A stretch of DNA of 64,000 nucleotides, from NCBI GenBank assembly GCA_964419055.1, contig CAYQNU010000010.1:16202-80201 (forward strand), given 5' to 3'. Positions 19,072 to 28,404 of the stretch are shown here, piece after piece. The translations under genes were made by a program, and so were the position numbers. Source of the stretch: an uncultured Flavobacteriales bacterium. GTDB taxonomy: Bacteria > Bacteroidota > Bacteroidia > Flavobacteriales_D > Parvicellaceae. Each line of letters begins with the position of its first letter. Position 1 is the stretch's first letter. The notes below the pieces were generated by a model. That model was not told the DNA's origin. It did not search any database and saw only the letters and a list, made by a program, of their open reading frames with translations.

Positions 19072-20538
19072 TTACTTCTTTGATGCCAATTGCTTTTGAA
19101 ACCAATATCCCGAATCTTTTACGGTACGTTGTTGATTTTCAAAATTAATATGCACTACACCAAATCGGGGATGATAACCTTCACTCCATTCAAAATTATC
19201 CGTCAAACTCCAAATAAAATAACCCTCCACTGGCACTCCTTCGTTTTTTGCCTTTAAAACATTGGATAAATAATCTTTGAAAAATTGTATTCGTTTTTCA
19301 TCGTGAACAGCACCTTCAATAAGGTGATCTTCGTAACAAACGCCATTTTCGGTAACGATAATTTTTTTAATTTCTTTGTATTGAGCAAATTGTTTCAGAA
19401 TTTTGTAGATTCCTTCAGGATAAACCTCAAAATTCATTTCGTTTATCGGAACGGCTCTCTTTGTAGCAGGCACTTCTTTAGCAAACATCAAAGGTGGAAA
19501 TAAGCTGTGTTTGCCCACTACTCTAAAATAATTTTGAAGACCAATAAAGTCAAAATCAAACGCCAACAACTGTTCATCTCCCGGTTCAAAATACTTCTCA
19601 ATGCGTTTCAAAGCGGGAAAAACATCATAAGGATAACCTTTTCCAAGTATGGGCTCGATATACAATCGATTGACCAAGGCATCAATTCGTTTGGCTGCTT
19701 CAACGTTTTTGTCTTTACTATCTATTGGTTCCACAAAACTGCAACTAAATGTAGTGCCAATATGGGCTTGTTCAACATTCTTTCTGATGATTCTTCCACC
19801 TAATGACATAGCCAGACAAGCATGGTGTGTTGCCTTAAGAAAATTAGATATTCCTTTTTTACCCGGTGCATGGTAACCCAGCATATAACCCAAACCAACA
19901 AAAGCAGCGGGCTCATTCATCACCATCCAATTCTTGACTTTTGACCCATACTCCCTTGTACAGAACGTTACATATTCCTCAAACCATTTAAGCACTTCTC
20001 TATTGATCCAACCTCCTTTATCTTGCAATTTTTGAGGTAAATCCCAATGGTACAAGGTTACCCAAGGCTGCACACCTTGACGAAGGCATTCATCGATAAC
20101 CTCATGATAAAATGCCACTCCTTTTGGGTTAATTTCACCTATACCCTTTGGAAAAATGCGTGACCAAGCAATTGAAAAACGAAAAACGTTGAGATTGAGT
20201 TTTTTTACCAACGCAATATCTTCTTTGTAACGATTATAAAAATCAGCAGCTGTATCAGCATTTTCATTATTCTTAACATGGCCCTTTTTATGTGTAAAGG
20301 TGTCCCAAATAGATGGGCCTTTTCCATCAGTATTCCATGCACCTTCCACCTGATACGCAGCACAAGCAGCACCCCACAAAAAGTTGGGTCCAAATTGAGT
20401 TAATTCAAACTCGGGAATAATAGCTTGTTCATGGTTTAATGAAAACCACGATCCGTCCACAAAAGTAGGCAAGGTAACACCTATGGCTCCAGCACCCGAT
20501 AATTTTAACCAATTTCTTCTATCCATAATACTTTGCAA
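19072..20538 (-). CDS. GH1 beta-glucosidase with twin-arginine signal peptide
   Basis: Acid/base motif MNEP and nucleophile motif VTENG. N-terminus DRRNWLKLSGAGAIGVTL matches the Tat consensus. Confidence 0.85.
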   Translation of the reverse strand: MQSIMDRRNWLKLSGAGAIGVTLPTFVDGSWFSLNHEQAIIPEFELTQFGPNFLWGAACAAYQVEGAWNTDGKGPSIWDTFTHKKGHVKNNENADTAADFYNRYKEDIALVKKLNLNVFRFSIAWSRIFPKGIGEINPKGVAFYHEVIDECLRQGVQPWVTLYHWDLPQKLQDKGGWINREVLKWFEEYVTFCTREYGSKVKNWMVMNEPAAFVGLGYMLGYHAPGKKGISNFLKATHHACLAMSLGGRIIRKNVEQAHIGTTFSCSFVEPIDSKDKNVEAAKRIDALVNRLYIEPILGKGYPYDVFPALKRIEKYFEPGDEQLLAFDFDFIGLQNYFRVVGKHSLFPPLMFAKEVPATKRAVPINEMNFEVYPEGIYKILKQFAQYKEIKKIIVTENGVCYEDHLIEGAVHDEKRIQFFKDYLSNVLKAKNEGVPVEGYFIWSLTDNFEWSEGYHPRFGVVHINFENQQRTVKDSGYWFQKQLASKK

Positions 20539-20647
20539 ATATATGGATTTGGATAATAAATTAGACTTATCTTAATTTCGACTTTTTATGTGGACTCGCA
20601 AGAAGACAACTTGATGTCTGAACGGAGATAAAATTGGATTTCGTAAA

Positions 20648-20692
20648 ACAAAAAAGGGACTCATGTTAATGAATCCCCTTTTGTAGGCCCTG
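20648..20692 (-). repeat. duplicate of the tRNA 3' acceptor end plus its terminator hairpin
   Basis: Matches 20914-20960 (ACAAAAAAGGGACTCATGTTAATGAATCCCCTTTTGTRGGCCCTG) with one substitution and two 1-nt indels. Confidence 0.85.
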
Positions 20693-20916
20693 TCCCGTAA
20701 AAAAAGAAATCTTGATTTAATCTTTTTACGTGGACTCTCGTGAAGATAAATTGTTAAACAATTTGTATTCACGGAGCTAGAATCGAATCCCGCAATGGCT
20801 CGTATTAAAAATACTTCGCACTTTCGAGGACTCACGAAAATCTACCAAATCAAAGATTTGTGGATTTTCGGAGCCAGCCACCTACTGAATATATGATGGT
20901 AGGTGGCTTTAAAACA

Positions 20917-20950
20917 AAAAAAGGGGACTCATGTTAATGAATCCCCTTTT
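20917..20950 (-). terminator. rho-independent terminator of the tRNA gene
   Basis: The minus strand reads AAAAGGGGATTCATTAACATGAGTCCCCTTTTTT: a GC-rich stem followed by a T-run, starting right after the tRNA discriminator base. Confidence 0.75.
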
Positions 20951-20951
20951 G

Positions 20952-21025
20952 TGGGCCCTGCTGGAATCGAACCAGCCACCTACTGATTATGAGTCAGTTG
21001 CTCTAACCGAATGAGCTAAGAGCCC
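20952..21025 (-). tRNA. tRNA with CAT anticodon (elongator Met or lysidine-modified Ile2; not an initiator)
   Basis: Hand-folded 74-nt cloverleaf. Acceptor GGGCTCT/AGGGCCC, D stem GCTC/GAGC, anticodon stem ACTGA/TCAGT with loop CTCATAA, T stem GCTGG/CCAGC with loop TTCGATT. Position 1:72 is a G:C pair and there is no 3xGC anticodon stem, so it is not an initiator. CCA is not encoded. Confidence 0.9.
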
Positions 21026-21101
21026 TAATTCAAAAGAAATATTTTGAATTGAGGGTGCAATTTTACATATTTGTATTCAATTACACAACAAAAAAATAAA
21101 A

Positions 21102-21734
21102 ATGTCGAAAAATTCAATGCCAACTGCCATTATTTTTGATTTGGGTGGTGTTTTATTAAACATCGATTATCAACTGACTTCCAATGCTTTTCAGAATTTG
21201 GGATGGGCGAATTTTGATGTATTTTATTCTCAAAAAAATCAAAAAAAAATATTTGATGATCTCGAAGTAGGAAAAATAAATGAATCCGAATTTGTGGATG
21301 AATTAAAACAATACCTGCCAGAAGCCTCAAATGCTGAAATTATTGCGGCTTGGAACGCTATGCTGCTTGACTTTCCTTACCAACGATTGCAATTGCTTAA
21401 GGAGCTTAACAAACATTACCCACTTTTCTTATACAGCAACACCAATGCTATCCACTACAAAGCTTTTGAACAGGCCATTCACACGCATTTTGATGGTCTC
21501 CATTTATCCAGTTTATTCAAAAAAGCCTACTACTCTCATATACTTGGCAAACGAAAACCTCATAAAGAATCGTTTGAGTTTATCCTCAACGAACAGCAAT
21601 TAAACCCTGCCTCAACCCTTTTTATTGACGATTCTATTCAACATATTGAAGGAGCAAAAGAAGCTGGTTTGATGACGTATCACTTAAAAAAAGGTGAAGA
21701 TATTACTCAGCTATTTCCTGACATAATTCTATAA
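21102..21734 (+). CDS. HAD-superfamily hydrolase (subfamily IA-like)
   Basis: Motif I IIFDLGGVL, a cap domain, and motif IV-like FIDDSIQHIEGAKEAG. Confidence 0.75.
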   Translation: MSKNSMPTAIIFDLGGVLLNIDYQLTSNAFQNLGWANFDVFYSQKNQKKIFDDLEVGKINESEFVDELKQYLPEASNAEIIAAWNAMLLDFPYQRLQLLKELNKHYPLFLYSNTNAIHYKAFEQAIHTHFDGLHLSSLFKKAYYSHILGKRKPHKESFEFILNEQQLNPASTLFIDDSIQHIEGAKEAGLMTYHLKKGEDITQLFPDIIL

Positions 21735-22107
21735 GCACCCCTTGGGTTCCTTTTGGATGTAAAAAGGCAATTAACATATTGTCAGCACCCTTTTTGGGTT
21801 CGTTGTGAATCATTTGAAAACCTTCTTGTTTCATTCGTTCAATTTCGGCATAAATATTCGTAACATTAAATGCGATATGGTGAATTCCCTCACCTTTTTT
21901 TTCGATAAATTTAGTAATAGCACTTTCATCTGTTACACCTTGCAACAACTCTATTTTGCTTTCACCCATCTTGAAGAATGACGTTTTCACTCCTTCAGAA
22001 ACCACTTCCTCCTCTTTGTAAGGTGGATTGCCAAAAAGTCTGGTATAAAGAGCATTTGCTGCAACCAAATCTTTAACGGCTATACCTATGTGTTCAATTT
22101 TGTTCAT
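21703..22107 (-). CDS. mce: methylmalonyl-CoA epimerase (VOC/glyoxalase fold)
   Basis: IEHIGIAVKDL...IELL...GEGIHHIAFNV...GVLIELCQ is a typical 134-aa epimerase pattern. The 3' end overlaps the convergent HAD gene by 32 bp. Confidence 0.8.
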   Translation of the reverse strand: MNKIEHIGIAVKDLVAANALYTRLFGNPPYKEEEVVSEGVKTSFFKMGESKIELLQGVTDESAITKFIEKKGEGIHHIAFNVTNIYAEIERMKQEGFQMIHNEPKKGADNMLIAFLHPKGTQGVLIELCQEIAE

Positions 22108-22143
22108 TTTACTATGTATTAATCCTCAAAAATAAGAATAAAA

Positions 22144-22174
22144 AAATCCCTTGCATCAGTGACACAAGGGATTT
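22144..22174 (-). terminator. rho-independent terminator after the 268-aa secreted-protein gene
   Basis: Inverted repeat AAATCCCTTG / CAAGGGATTT, followed on the minus strand by a T-run. Confidence 0.7.
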
Positions 22175-22196
22175 TAAAATTTTTTAAAGTAACAGA

Positions 22197-23003
22197 TTAT
22201 TTATTTTTATTCCAAACCTCACCTGTTGTATTGTCAAAATTCACATAGTACAATCCTTTTGGAAGATTGCCACAATCAATTTTTTCATTTCCTTTACCAA
22301 AACCTTTTTTCACAAGGTTTCCGTAAGTATCAAAAACTTCATACAAGGTGTTTCCTGTAAATTGTAAAGCATCACTTTTTGCAGAAACCAATGTTACTGC
22401 AGGAACGCTAGATTCAATAGTTGCTGCAGTAGAAATATTAGGTTTTCCTGTGTAATCAACTTGTTTTACTCTAAATTTATTAGTTCCTGAATGCATTTCT
22501 ACTTGGAATTCATAACAATTAGCAGCAGCAGTACCATTCCCTTCAACTTCTCCTACTTTAATCCATTTGTTCCATCTGTATTGTTCAACGATGTACGTCA
22601 ATTTACCTTGTTCACCAGATGTACACCATTTCAAAATATTATTGCTTTCAACTTTGATAGAAGTTGTCAAGAAAGTACTTTTAGGTTTCAAAACCTCTGG
22701 ATTCAACACTTTAGGAGAACAATCCGATTTGTGAACAATTTTTACAACAACGGGGTCTCCCACTTTAAGGTTTAGGTTTCCAAAATCAATTTCAAAGGCA
22801 CTTGAAGAAATTTGATCTGTTGTAACATCTCCATTTACGGTAACTTTAATCACACAAAAACCCACACCTGATGATGCAAATGGATTTTGAACGTAAAGAT
22901 TTTTACCTTGGAATTGTCCTTCATGAACAATACTTGACTCATTTTGCTGAGCAAAAGTCAATGTTGTCAACGAAATTAAGAAGAGCGAAATAATATTTTT
23001 CAT
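22197..23003 (-). CDS. secreted hypothetical protein, possible T9SS C-terminal domain
   Basis: Signal peptide ..TLTFAQQ. The C-terminal ~70 aa (LYEVFDTYGNLVKKG...LPKGLYYVNFDN) resemble a Por tail. Confidence 0.55.
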   Translation of the reverse strand: MKNIISLFLISLTTLTFAQQNESSIVHEGQFQGKNLYVQNPFASSGVGFCVIKVTVNGDVTTDQISSSAFEIDFGNLNLKVGDPVVVKIVHKSDCSPKVLNPEVLKPKSTFLTTSIKVESNNILKWCTSGEQGKLTYIVEQYRWNKWIKVGEVEGNGTAAANCYEFQVEMHSGTNKFRVKQVDYTGKPNISTAATIESSVPAVTLVSAKSDALQFTGNTLYEVFDTYGNLVKKGFGKGNEKIDCGNLPKGLYYVNFDNTTGEVWNKNK

Positions 23004-23253
23004 GCTTTATACCTTGTGATTGTACTTTTCAAAGGGCAATATTAATTCCATTTTTTTAATCTTCAAAATGTTTTGGCATTTTTTTTTCACCGAAGCCAAA
23101 TTTTCTATCGATTAATCACTACGAATTTATGATAAAACTTATTTTTTTCTCTCTAAACCAATATTTTCTTTTAAATAAATATAATTTTTGCAACATTTTT
23201 TTGCTTCTTACTAAATTTAATTATCTTTGTCACTATACAAAAGCATACAAACT

Positions 23254-24990
23254 ATGAAACTGGAAAAGAAATCAATCTTATCTTTAGTATTGATCGGGGG
23301 GTTAAGCGCTTCATTATTAATGAATTCTTGTAGCACAGACGAAAGCTCTGTTGCTGCGAATGACCGTACCGTTAAGGGGGGGGATGTTGCTTATGGCGGA
23401 AAAATAACCATTGCTGAAAACGAATCTTTTTCAACTATTTTCCCACTTGAAGTATTGGATGTACCCTCTTTTAAAGTGACCTCTCAAATTCATGATGGTT
23501 TATTACAATACGATACTAAAGACGTTACTTTAAAACCTTCGATTGCAAAAAAATGGGAAGTAGATGCTACCAACACTCAATACACGTTTTATTTAAATGA
23601 CAATGTGCGTTTTCACGATGATGCTTGTTTTGAAGGAGGGGTAGGAAGAATTCTTACCGCTGCAGATGTGAAATTTTCATTTGAATTGTTGTGTTCTAAA
23701 GAATTTGAATTGAATTATAATTCTATTTTCAAACCTTATTTAGTTGGAGCGGATGATTTTTTTAATGGTAAATCAGAATCCATTAGCGGTATAGAAGTTA
23801 TTGATGATTATACTATTAAATTGACGATAAATCAGCCTTCTAATTCTTTCATTTATTTATTGGCTCTTCCAAATACTAGTATTATTGCAAAGGAAGCTTA
23901 TGAAAAATATGGTAAAAATATGACGGTGGGTGCTGGAGCGTTTAAATGGACAAAACCTGAAGATGAGACCAAAGAAGTTTTCTTAGTATACAATGAAAAA
24001 TATTATCAAAAAGATGAATTTGGTAATTCGTTACCTTATTTAGATTCTGTTCATTTTATTTTCAATCCAAGCAAATTAGACCAATTAGAAATGTTCAATA
24101 ACAACCAAATCTCTACTATCCATGGATTGCCTTCGACAAAAATTGCTGAGGTGGTTGAACAAAACATCGAAAACTTTAAAAATGATCCTCCAAAAACCAT
24201 ATTGGATAGACAACCTGAATTATCTAGTCAGTTTTATGAATTCATTTTAAACAAACCTCCTTTTAATGATGTAAAAGTAAGAAAGGCGTTTTCATATGCT
24301 ATTGATCGAAATAAAATTGTAAAAGAAGTGCTGAACGACCAAGGTACACCTGGTTTTTATGGTGTTACACCTAAAATACCGTCATTTAATTCCTATGACT
24401 TTTCAAGAATTAAAGGTTATGATTTCAATCCAGAATTAGCACGACAATTATTGGCTGAAGCGGGTTACCCTGGTGGAAAAGGATTCCCAAATGCCCGTTT
24501 AGAAATCAATCTAGGAGGCAGTGTTCACAAACAAGTAGCTTCTGAAATCCAACAACAATTATATCAAGTGTTAGGAATCAATATTGAAATTGAACAAGTG
24601 TCATTTAAAGACAAAATAGAACACGCCAAATTTGGTGTTTCGGAAATGTATCGTTCGGCTTGGGTAGCTGATTACCCTTCTCCAGAAAGTTTCCTTTCTA
24701 TTTTTTATGGTGGTGATGTTCCTGATTCTAGTAACTTACCCTCTTATCCTAATTCAATGCGTTATAAAAATCCAGTTTATGATTCGTTGTTGGACTTAGC
24801 CAAATCAACCACCAATCAAGTGGATCAATACAATCTATTTGCCGAAGCGGAGAAAGTGATGATGGAAGATGCTCCAGTTATGATATTATGGTATTCAGAA
24901 GATTACATCCTTATTAATTCTGATATAAAAAATTATTTTACCAATCCCATGCAGATTTCCGATTATTCAAAAGTTTACATTAAAAAATAA
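23254..24990 (+). CDS. ABC transporter substrate-binding protein, family 5 (peptide/nickel type), lipoprotein
   Basis: ATG at 23254 and lipobox LMNSCS. The ~575 aa length and motifs (FHDD, YNEKY, AFSYAIDR) resemble the OppA/DppA family. Confidence 0.75.
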   Translation: MKLEKKSILSLVLIGGLSASLLMNSCSTDESSVAANDRTVKGGDVAYGGKITIAENESFSTIFPLEVLDVPSFKVTSQIHDGLLQYDTKDVTLKPSIAKKWEVDATNTQYTFYLNDNVRFHDDACFEGGVGRILTAADVKFSFELLCSKEFELNYNSIFKPYLVGADDFFNGKSESISGIEVIDDYTIKLTINQPSNSFIYLLALPNTSIIAKEAYEKYGKNMTVGAGAFKWTKPEDETKEVFLVYNEKYYQKDEFGNSLPYLDSVHFIFNPSKLDQLEMFNNNQISTIHGLPSTKIAEVVEQNIENFKNDPPKTILDRQPELSSQFYEFILNKPPFNDVKVRKAFSYAIDRNKIVKEVLNDQGTPGFYGVTPKIPSFNSYDFSRIKGYDFNPELARQLLAEAGYPGGKGFPNARLEINLGGSVHKQVASEIQQQLYQVLGINIEIEQVSFKDKIEHAKFGVSEMYRSAWVADYPSPESFLSIFYGGDVPDSSNLPSYPNSMRYKNPVYDSLLDLAKSTTNQVDQYNLFAEAEKVMMEDAPVMILWYSEDYILINSDIKNYFTNPMQISDYSKVYIKK

Positions 24991-25012
24991 TTTATCCAAT
25001 AAACAGTACACT

Positions 25013-25465
25013 ATGTTTAAACAAACTCCAAACACAAAAAATGCGATTGTTGATGCGAATGCTCCCGATCGTTTAAATAGAATTGTTGAAGGAACTTCTA
25101 TACAAGGTGAAATCATTTCTGAAAGTAATATTAGAATTGATGGTCACGTAAAAGGAATTATTACAACAAAAGGAAGATTGGTTATTGGTGCGTCAGGTTC
25201 AGTAGATGGCGAAATTATTTGTCAAAATGCGGATATTGAAGGTACAATAACTGGAACTTTAAAGGTAGAGGATTTATTAAGTCTTAAATCAACAGCAAAA
25301 ATAATTGGAGATATTGTAACAACAAAACTAGCCATTGAATCAGGTGCAGAGTTTTCTGGTACTTGTAATATGTCGGGCAATAATCTAAAAGCATCGAAAA
25401 ACAGAATAATAAGTGCTGATATTGAAAGCAGTGTTCAAGAAATTTTAGAAGAATCGATACATTAA
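25013..25465 (+). CDS. bactofilin-family polymer-forming protein
   Basis: Repeating beta-helix pattern I.G.V.G.I (IRIDGHVKGIITTKGRLVIGASGSVDGEIIC...). Confidence 0.75.
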   Translation: MFKQTPNTKNAIVDANAPDRLNRIVEGTSIQGEIISESNIRIDGHVKGIITTKGRLVIGASGSVDGEIICQNADIEGTITGTLKVEDLLSLKSTAKIIGDIVTTKLAIESGAEFSGTCNMSGNNLKASKNRIISADIESSVQEILEESIH

Positions 25466-25474
25466 TTAAAAGAG

Positions 25475-25678
25475 ATGAGTTCTCCATTTCATAAATCCAT
25501 ATTTGGTATCGATGCTAAATTACTGTTTTTTGTAATTATTAGTTTTCTTAGTGGACGTCAATGTGATGTCTATTTTGAGTCATCTTTTCCCAAACTTGGA
25601 ATAATCTTACCATTAATTGGATTAATGATTATTTATCAAATTAAAAAAGATTTAAACACTACCACGGATGAACAATAA
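25475..25678 (+). CDS. small hydrophobic protein (uncertain)
   Basis: Two hydrophobic segments; the end overlaps the next gene by 11 bp. No motif recognised. Confidence 0.3.
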   Translation: MSSPFHKSIFGIDAKLLFFVIISFLSGRQCDVYFESSFPKLGIILPLIGLMIIYQIKKDLNTTTDEQ

Positions 25679-25874
25679 CAAATTCCTTAGAATGGCCAAT
25701 TCTGGATTTCAAATGGCCATTTTAATTGGAGGTGGTGCATTTGGCGGTAGATATTTAGATGAAAAATATGGTAACACAACCCCATGGTATACAATTTCAC
25801 TTTCGTTATTAGGGGTAGCTATTGGACTTTATTTAGTCATAAAAGAAGTAATTAATTTATCAAAAGATGAGTGA
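25668..25874 (+). CDS. AtpZ/AtpI-family small membrane protein
   Basis: GFQMAILIGGGAFGGRYLDEKYG...PWYTISLSLLGVAIGLYLVI matches the AtpZ-like pattern. Confidence 0.65.
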   Translation: MNNNKFLRMANSGFQMAILIGGGAFGGRYLDEKYGNTTPWYTISLSLLGVAIGLYLVIKEVINLSKDE

Positions 25875-26259
25875 TCTGGAATTAAATAAAGTAGAAAGAA
25901 TAAATTGGAAAACATTATTCTCTCTTATGATGGTTACTTTTGGTATTCATATGAGTGTAATGTACACCTTTCTCTCTTTTCAAAATATTTATTTATTAAT
26001 TGCCATACATGGTTTTCTTTTTGGTTTTTTAGTGGCCAGTTCCTTAATTGTACAAAAAGTAAAATCCATTGATGATAAAAAGGTAGGGATGACTTTTCTC
26101 GCATTAACCTTGTTTAAAATGCTTTTTTCGATAGGATTTTTATTACTGATGTTCAATATTTTTGACTGTACAAGAAACTTGATAATATTTAACTTTTTTG
26201 CGCCATTTTTTATTTATTTACTTTTTGAAGTAATAAACTCGTTGAACCAATTAAGATAA
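25867..26259 (+). CDS. integral membrane protein (ATP synthase protein-I-like position)
   Basis: Four hydrophobic helices; the start overlaps the AtpZ-like gene stop. Confidence 0.45.
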   Translation: MSDLELNKVERINWKTLFSLMMVTFGIHMSVMYTFLSFQNIYLLIAIHGFLFGFLVASSLIVQKVKSIDDKKVGMTFLALTLFKMLFSIGFLLLMFNIFDCTRNLIIFNFFAPFFIYLLFEVINSLNQLR

Positions 26260-26332
26260 TTTCTATTTTTGCACAAGATAACCATAAACTATAAAATAAT
26301 ACTAACTTAAATCGATCTAAAATCAACTTATT

Positions 26333-27175
26333 ATGATCAATACAAATAACGCCAAATTCCTTGTACCTGTAGATTTTACAGAAGTTTCTCGTACAGCCAT
26401 CATCCATGCATTGGATCTTTCAAAATCTATTGGAGGTGAAGTTTTCTTTTTGCATATTGTGGTGGATAAAGATGATGTAGAAGGAGCTAAATCAAAATTA
26501 GATACTGAAATTAGTTGGGCTGCTGCAAAATATCCTGGCATTAAAATCACGCCTATCATTAGAGTTGGAAACATTTTTGAAGATATAGGCGATGTAGCAA
26601 GTGAGAATGAAGTTAGCATTATTGTTATGGGAACTCATGGTGCTAGTGGATGGCAAAAAGTTACAGGAAGCCACGCTATGAAAGTTATTACTAACTCTAA
26701 AGTACCTTTTATTGTAACTCAAAAAGGTACTACAAAAGAAAGTGGATACGACAAAATTTTGGTTCCATTGGATTTACACAATGAAACCAAACAAAAGTTA
26801 GAAATTGTAGCTGATATGGCCAAATATTTTAACTCAGAAGTTCATTTAGTTACACCAAAAGAATCGGATGAATTTTTAAGAAATAAATTAAATGGAAACA
26901 TTGCTTGGGCAAAAAGATATTTAGCCGAAAATGGCATTAAATCAACTACTGAAATTGCAGATAAAAGCGGATCGTTTGTTGACCAATTATTAGCCATCGC
27001 TAATGAAATTGATGCGGATTTAATTACCATTATGAATTTACAAAGAAACTCTTTAATGGGTATATTAGGGCCATCATACGAACAAGAAATCATTACAAAC
27101 AAGGGTCAAATTCCCGTATTGTGTGTGAATCCAAAAGAAATGTCGGTTGCTGGAGGTTCTGTATTTAGCAGATAA
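26333..27175 (+). CDS. universal stress protein, tandem UspA domains
   Basis: Two Usp units: FLVPVDFTEVS...VMGTHGASGW..GSHAMKVI and ILVPLDL...LITIMN..LMGILGPS...IPVLCV. Confidence 0.8.
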   Translation: MINTNNAKFLVPVDFTEVSRTAIIHALDLSKSIGGEVFFLHIVVDKDDVEGAKSKLDTEISWAAAKYPGIKITPIIRVGNIFEDIGDVASENEVSIIVMGTHGASGWQKVTGSHAMKVITNSKVPFIVTQKGTTKESGYDKILVPLDLHNETKQKLEIVADMAKYFNSEVHLVTPKESDEFLRNKLNGNIAWAKRYLAENGIKSTTEIADKSGSFVDQLLAIANEIDADLITIMNLQRNSLMGILGPSYEQEIITNKGQIPVLCVNPKEMSVAGGSVFSR

Positions 27176-27196
27176 TTCATATTCTAGATATCACTT

Positions 27197-27221
27197 AAAA
27201 GGGCCTTATGGCCCTTTTTTT
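27197..27221 (+). terminator. rho-independent terminator after the usp gene
   Basis: AAAAGGGCC-TTAT-GGCCCTTTTTTT. Confidence 0.8.
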
Positions 27222-27298
27222 ATGTTCACATTTTTTCGTTAGTAATCATTTCTTAAAGAGTAATTTGATACCATTAAAATCATCATCTTTGTTTTTAA

Positions 27299-28006
27299 TT
27301 GTTCCAAAAATCAAAAACCGTGAAGGAAAACTGTATAATATCCTATCAGGATGCAGCCATATATCAAAACGATAGTTTAATTTTAGATAAAGTTACCTTT
27401 GATATTTCTAAAGGTGAATTTGTATACCTAATCGGAAAAACTGGGAGTGGAAAAAGTACCCTTTTAAAAACGATGTATGGAGAACTTCCTATCCAAAAAG
27501 GGAAAGCCCAAATTGAAAATTTCGATTTAATCAAAATCAACAGACGAAACATTCTAGAATTACGCAGAAAATTAGGCATCATATTTCAAGATTTTCAACT
27601 GTTAACTGACCGAACCGTATTTGAAAATCTTCGATTTGTTTTGAGAGCTACAGGTTGGAAAAACAAAAATGAAATCAATAAACGCATTGATGAAGTATTA
27701 ACAAAAGTAGATTTATTGGACAAAAAAACCAAAATGCCACATCAACTTTCGGGTGGTGAACAGCAACGTTGCGCCATAGGAAGAGCTTTGTTAAACGATC
27801 CTGACTTAATTCTAGCTGATGAACCCACAGGTAACTTAGATCCTTTTACAACCGAAGATATTATGAAGTTGCTAATGGAAATTAGTCTCTCGGGTAAAAC
27901 GGTCGTAGTAGCTACTCATGATTATGAAATGATGCATAAATTTCCTTCTCGTATTTTGCGATGCGACAATCAAGAAGTAAAGGAAATGGCTCCTTTTAGA
28001 GAATAA
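27299..28006 (+). CDS. ftsE: FtsE-like cell-division ABC ATPase
   Basis: Walker [10 protein letters not shown], signature LSGGEQQR, Walker [13 protein letters not shown]. The start is uncertain: TTG at 27299 or GTG at 27320, with no in-frame ATG nearby. Confidence 0.65.
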   Translation: MFQKSKTVKENCIISYQDAAIYQNDSLILDKVTFDISKGEFVYLIGKTGSGKSTLLKTMYGELPIQKGKAQIENFDLIKINRRNILELRRKLGIIFQDFQLLTDRTVFENLRFVLRATGWKNKNEINKRIDEVLTKVDLLDKKTKMPHQLSGGEQQRCAIGRALLNDPDLILADEPTGNLDPFTTEDIMKLLMEISLSGKTVVVATHDYEMMHKFPSRILRCDNQEVKEMAPFRE

Positions 28007-28047
28007 AATATGCTACTACATCCAACGCATTCTTACATTCAAACGCT

Positions 28048-28404
28048 ATGAAAAAATTCTACTTCCTTCCTTCTTGCTCAACATGTACTCGCATCAAAAA
28101 AGAATTGGGAATTAATGACAATTGGGAATTGATTGATATTAAAAAACAACCCATTACAGCCTCCGTTTTAGAAGATATAAAAAAACAAATGGGTAGTTAT
28201 GAGGCTTTCTTTAGTAAAAAAGCAATAAAATATACCAGTCTAGGTCTTAAAAACAAAAACCTAACTGAAAATGACTTCAAAAATTATATGCTTTCTGATT
28301 ACACTTTTCTTCAGCGACCTATTGTAGAGATTGATGGAAAGTTTTACGTTGGAAACAGTAAACGAGTACAAGAAGAAGTAGTATTTGTTCTTAATCAATC
28401 ATGA
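28048..28404 (+). CDS. ArsC/Spx/MgsR-family protein (glutaredoxin-like fold)
   Basis: N-terminal FYFLPSCSTCTRIKKEL and C-terminal LQRPIV pattern, typical of the ArsC family. Confidence 0.7.
   Translation: MKKFYFLPSCSTCTRIKKELGINDNWELIDIKKQPITASVLEDIKKQMGSYEAFFSKKAIKYTSLGLKNKNLTENDFKNYMLSDYTFLQRPIVEIDGKFYVGNSKRVQEEVVFVLNQS

Noticed and set aside
20572-20835. 87-aa minus-strand ORF downstream of the tRNA
   Set aside because: It runs through tRNA- and terminator-derived repeats and hairpins. It has an Arg/Phe-rich odd composition and no start context, so it is better explained as non-coding.
20540-20950. tmRNA or RNase P RNA
   Set aside because: There is no tRNA-Ala-like acceptor/T-arm pair with a 5' partner and no tag ORF. 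There are also no RNase P conserved blocks (GAGGAAAGUCC-type). The similarities point instead to the neighbouring tRNA itself.
26323-26619. 98-aa minus-strand ORF overlapping the usp gene
   Set aside because: It is antisense to a well-supported tandem-Usp coding region, so it is a shadow frame.
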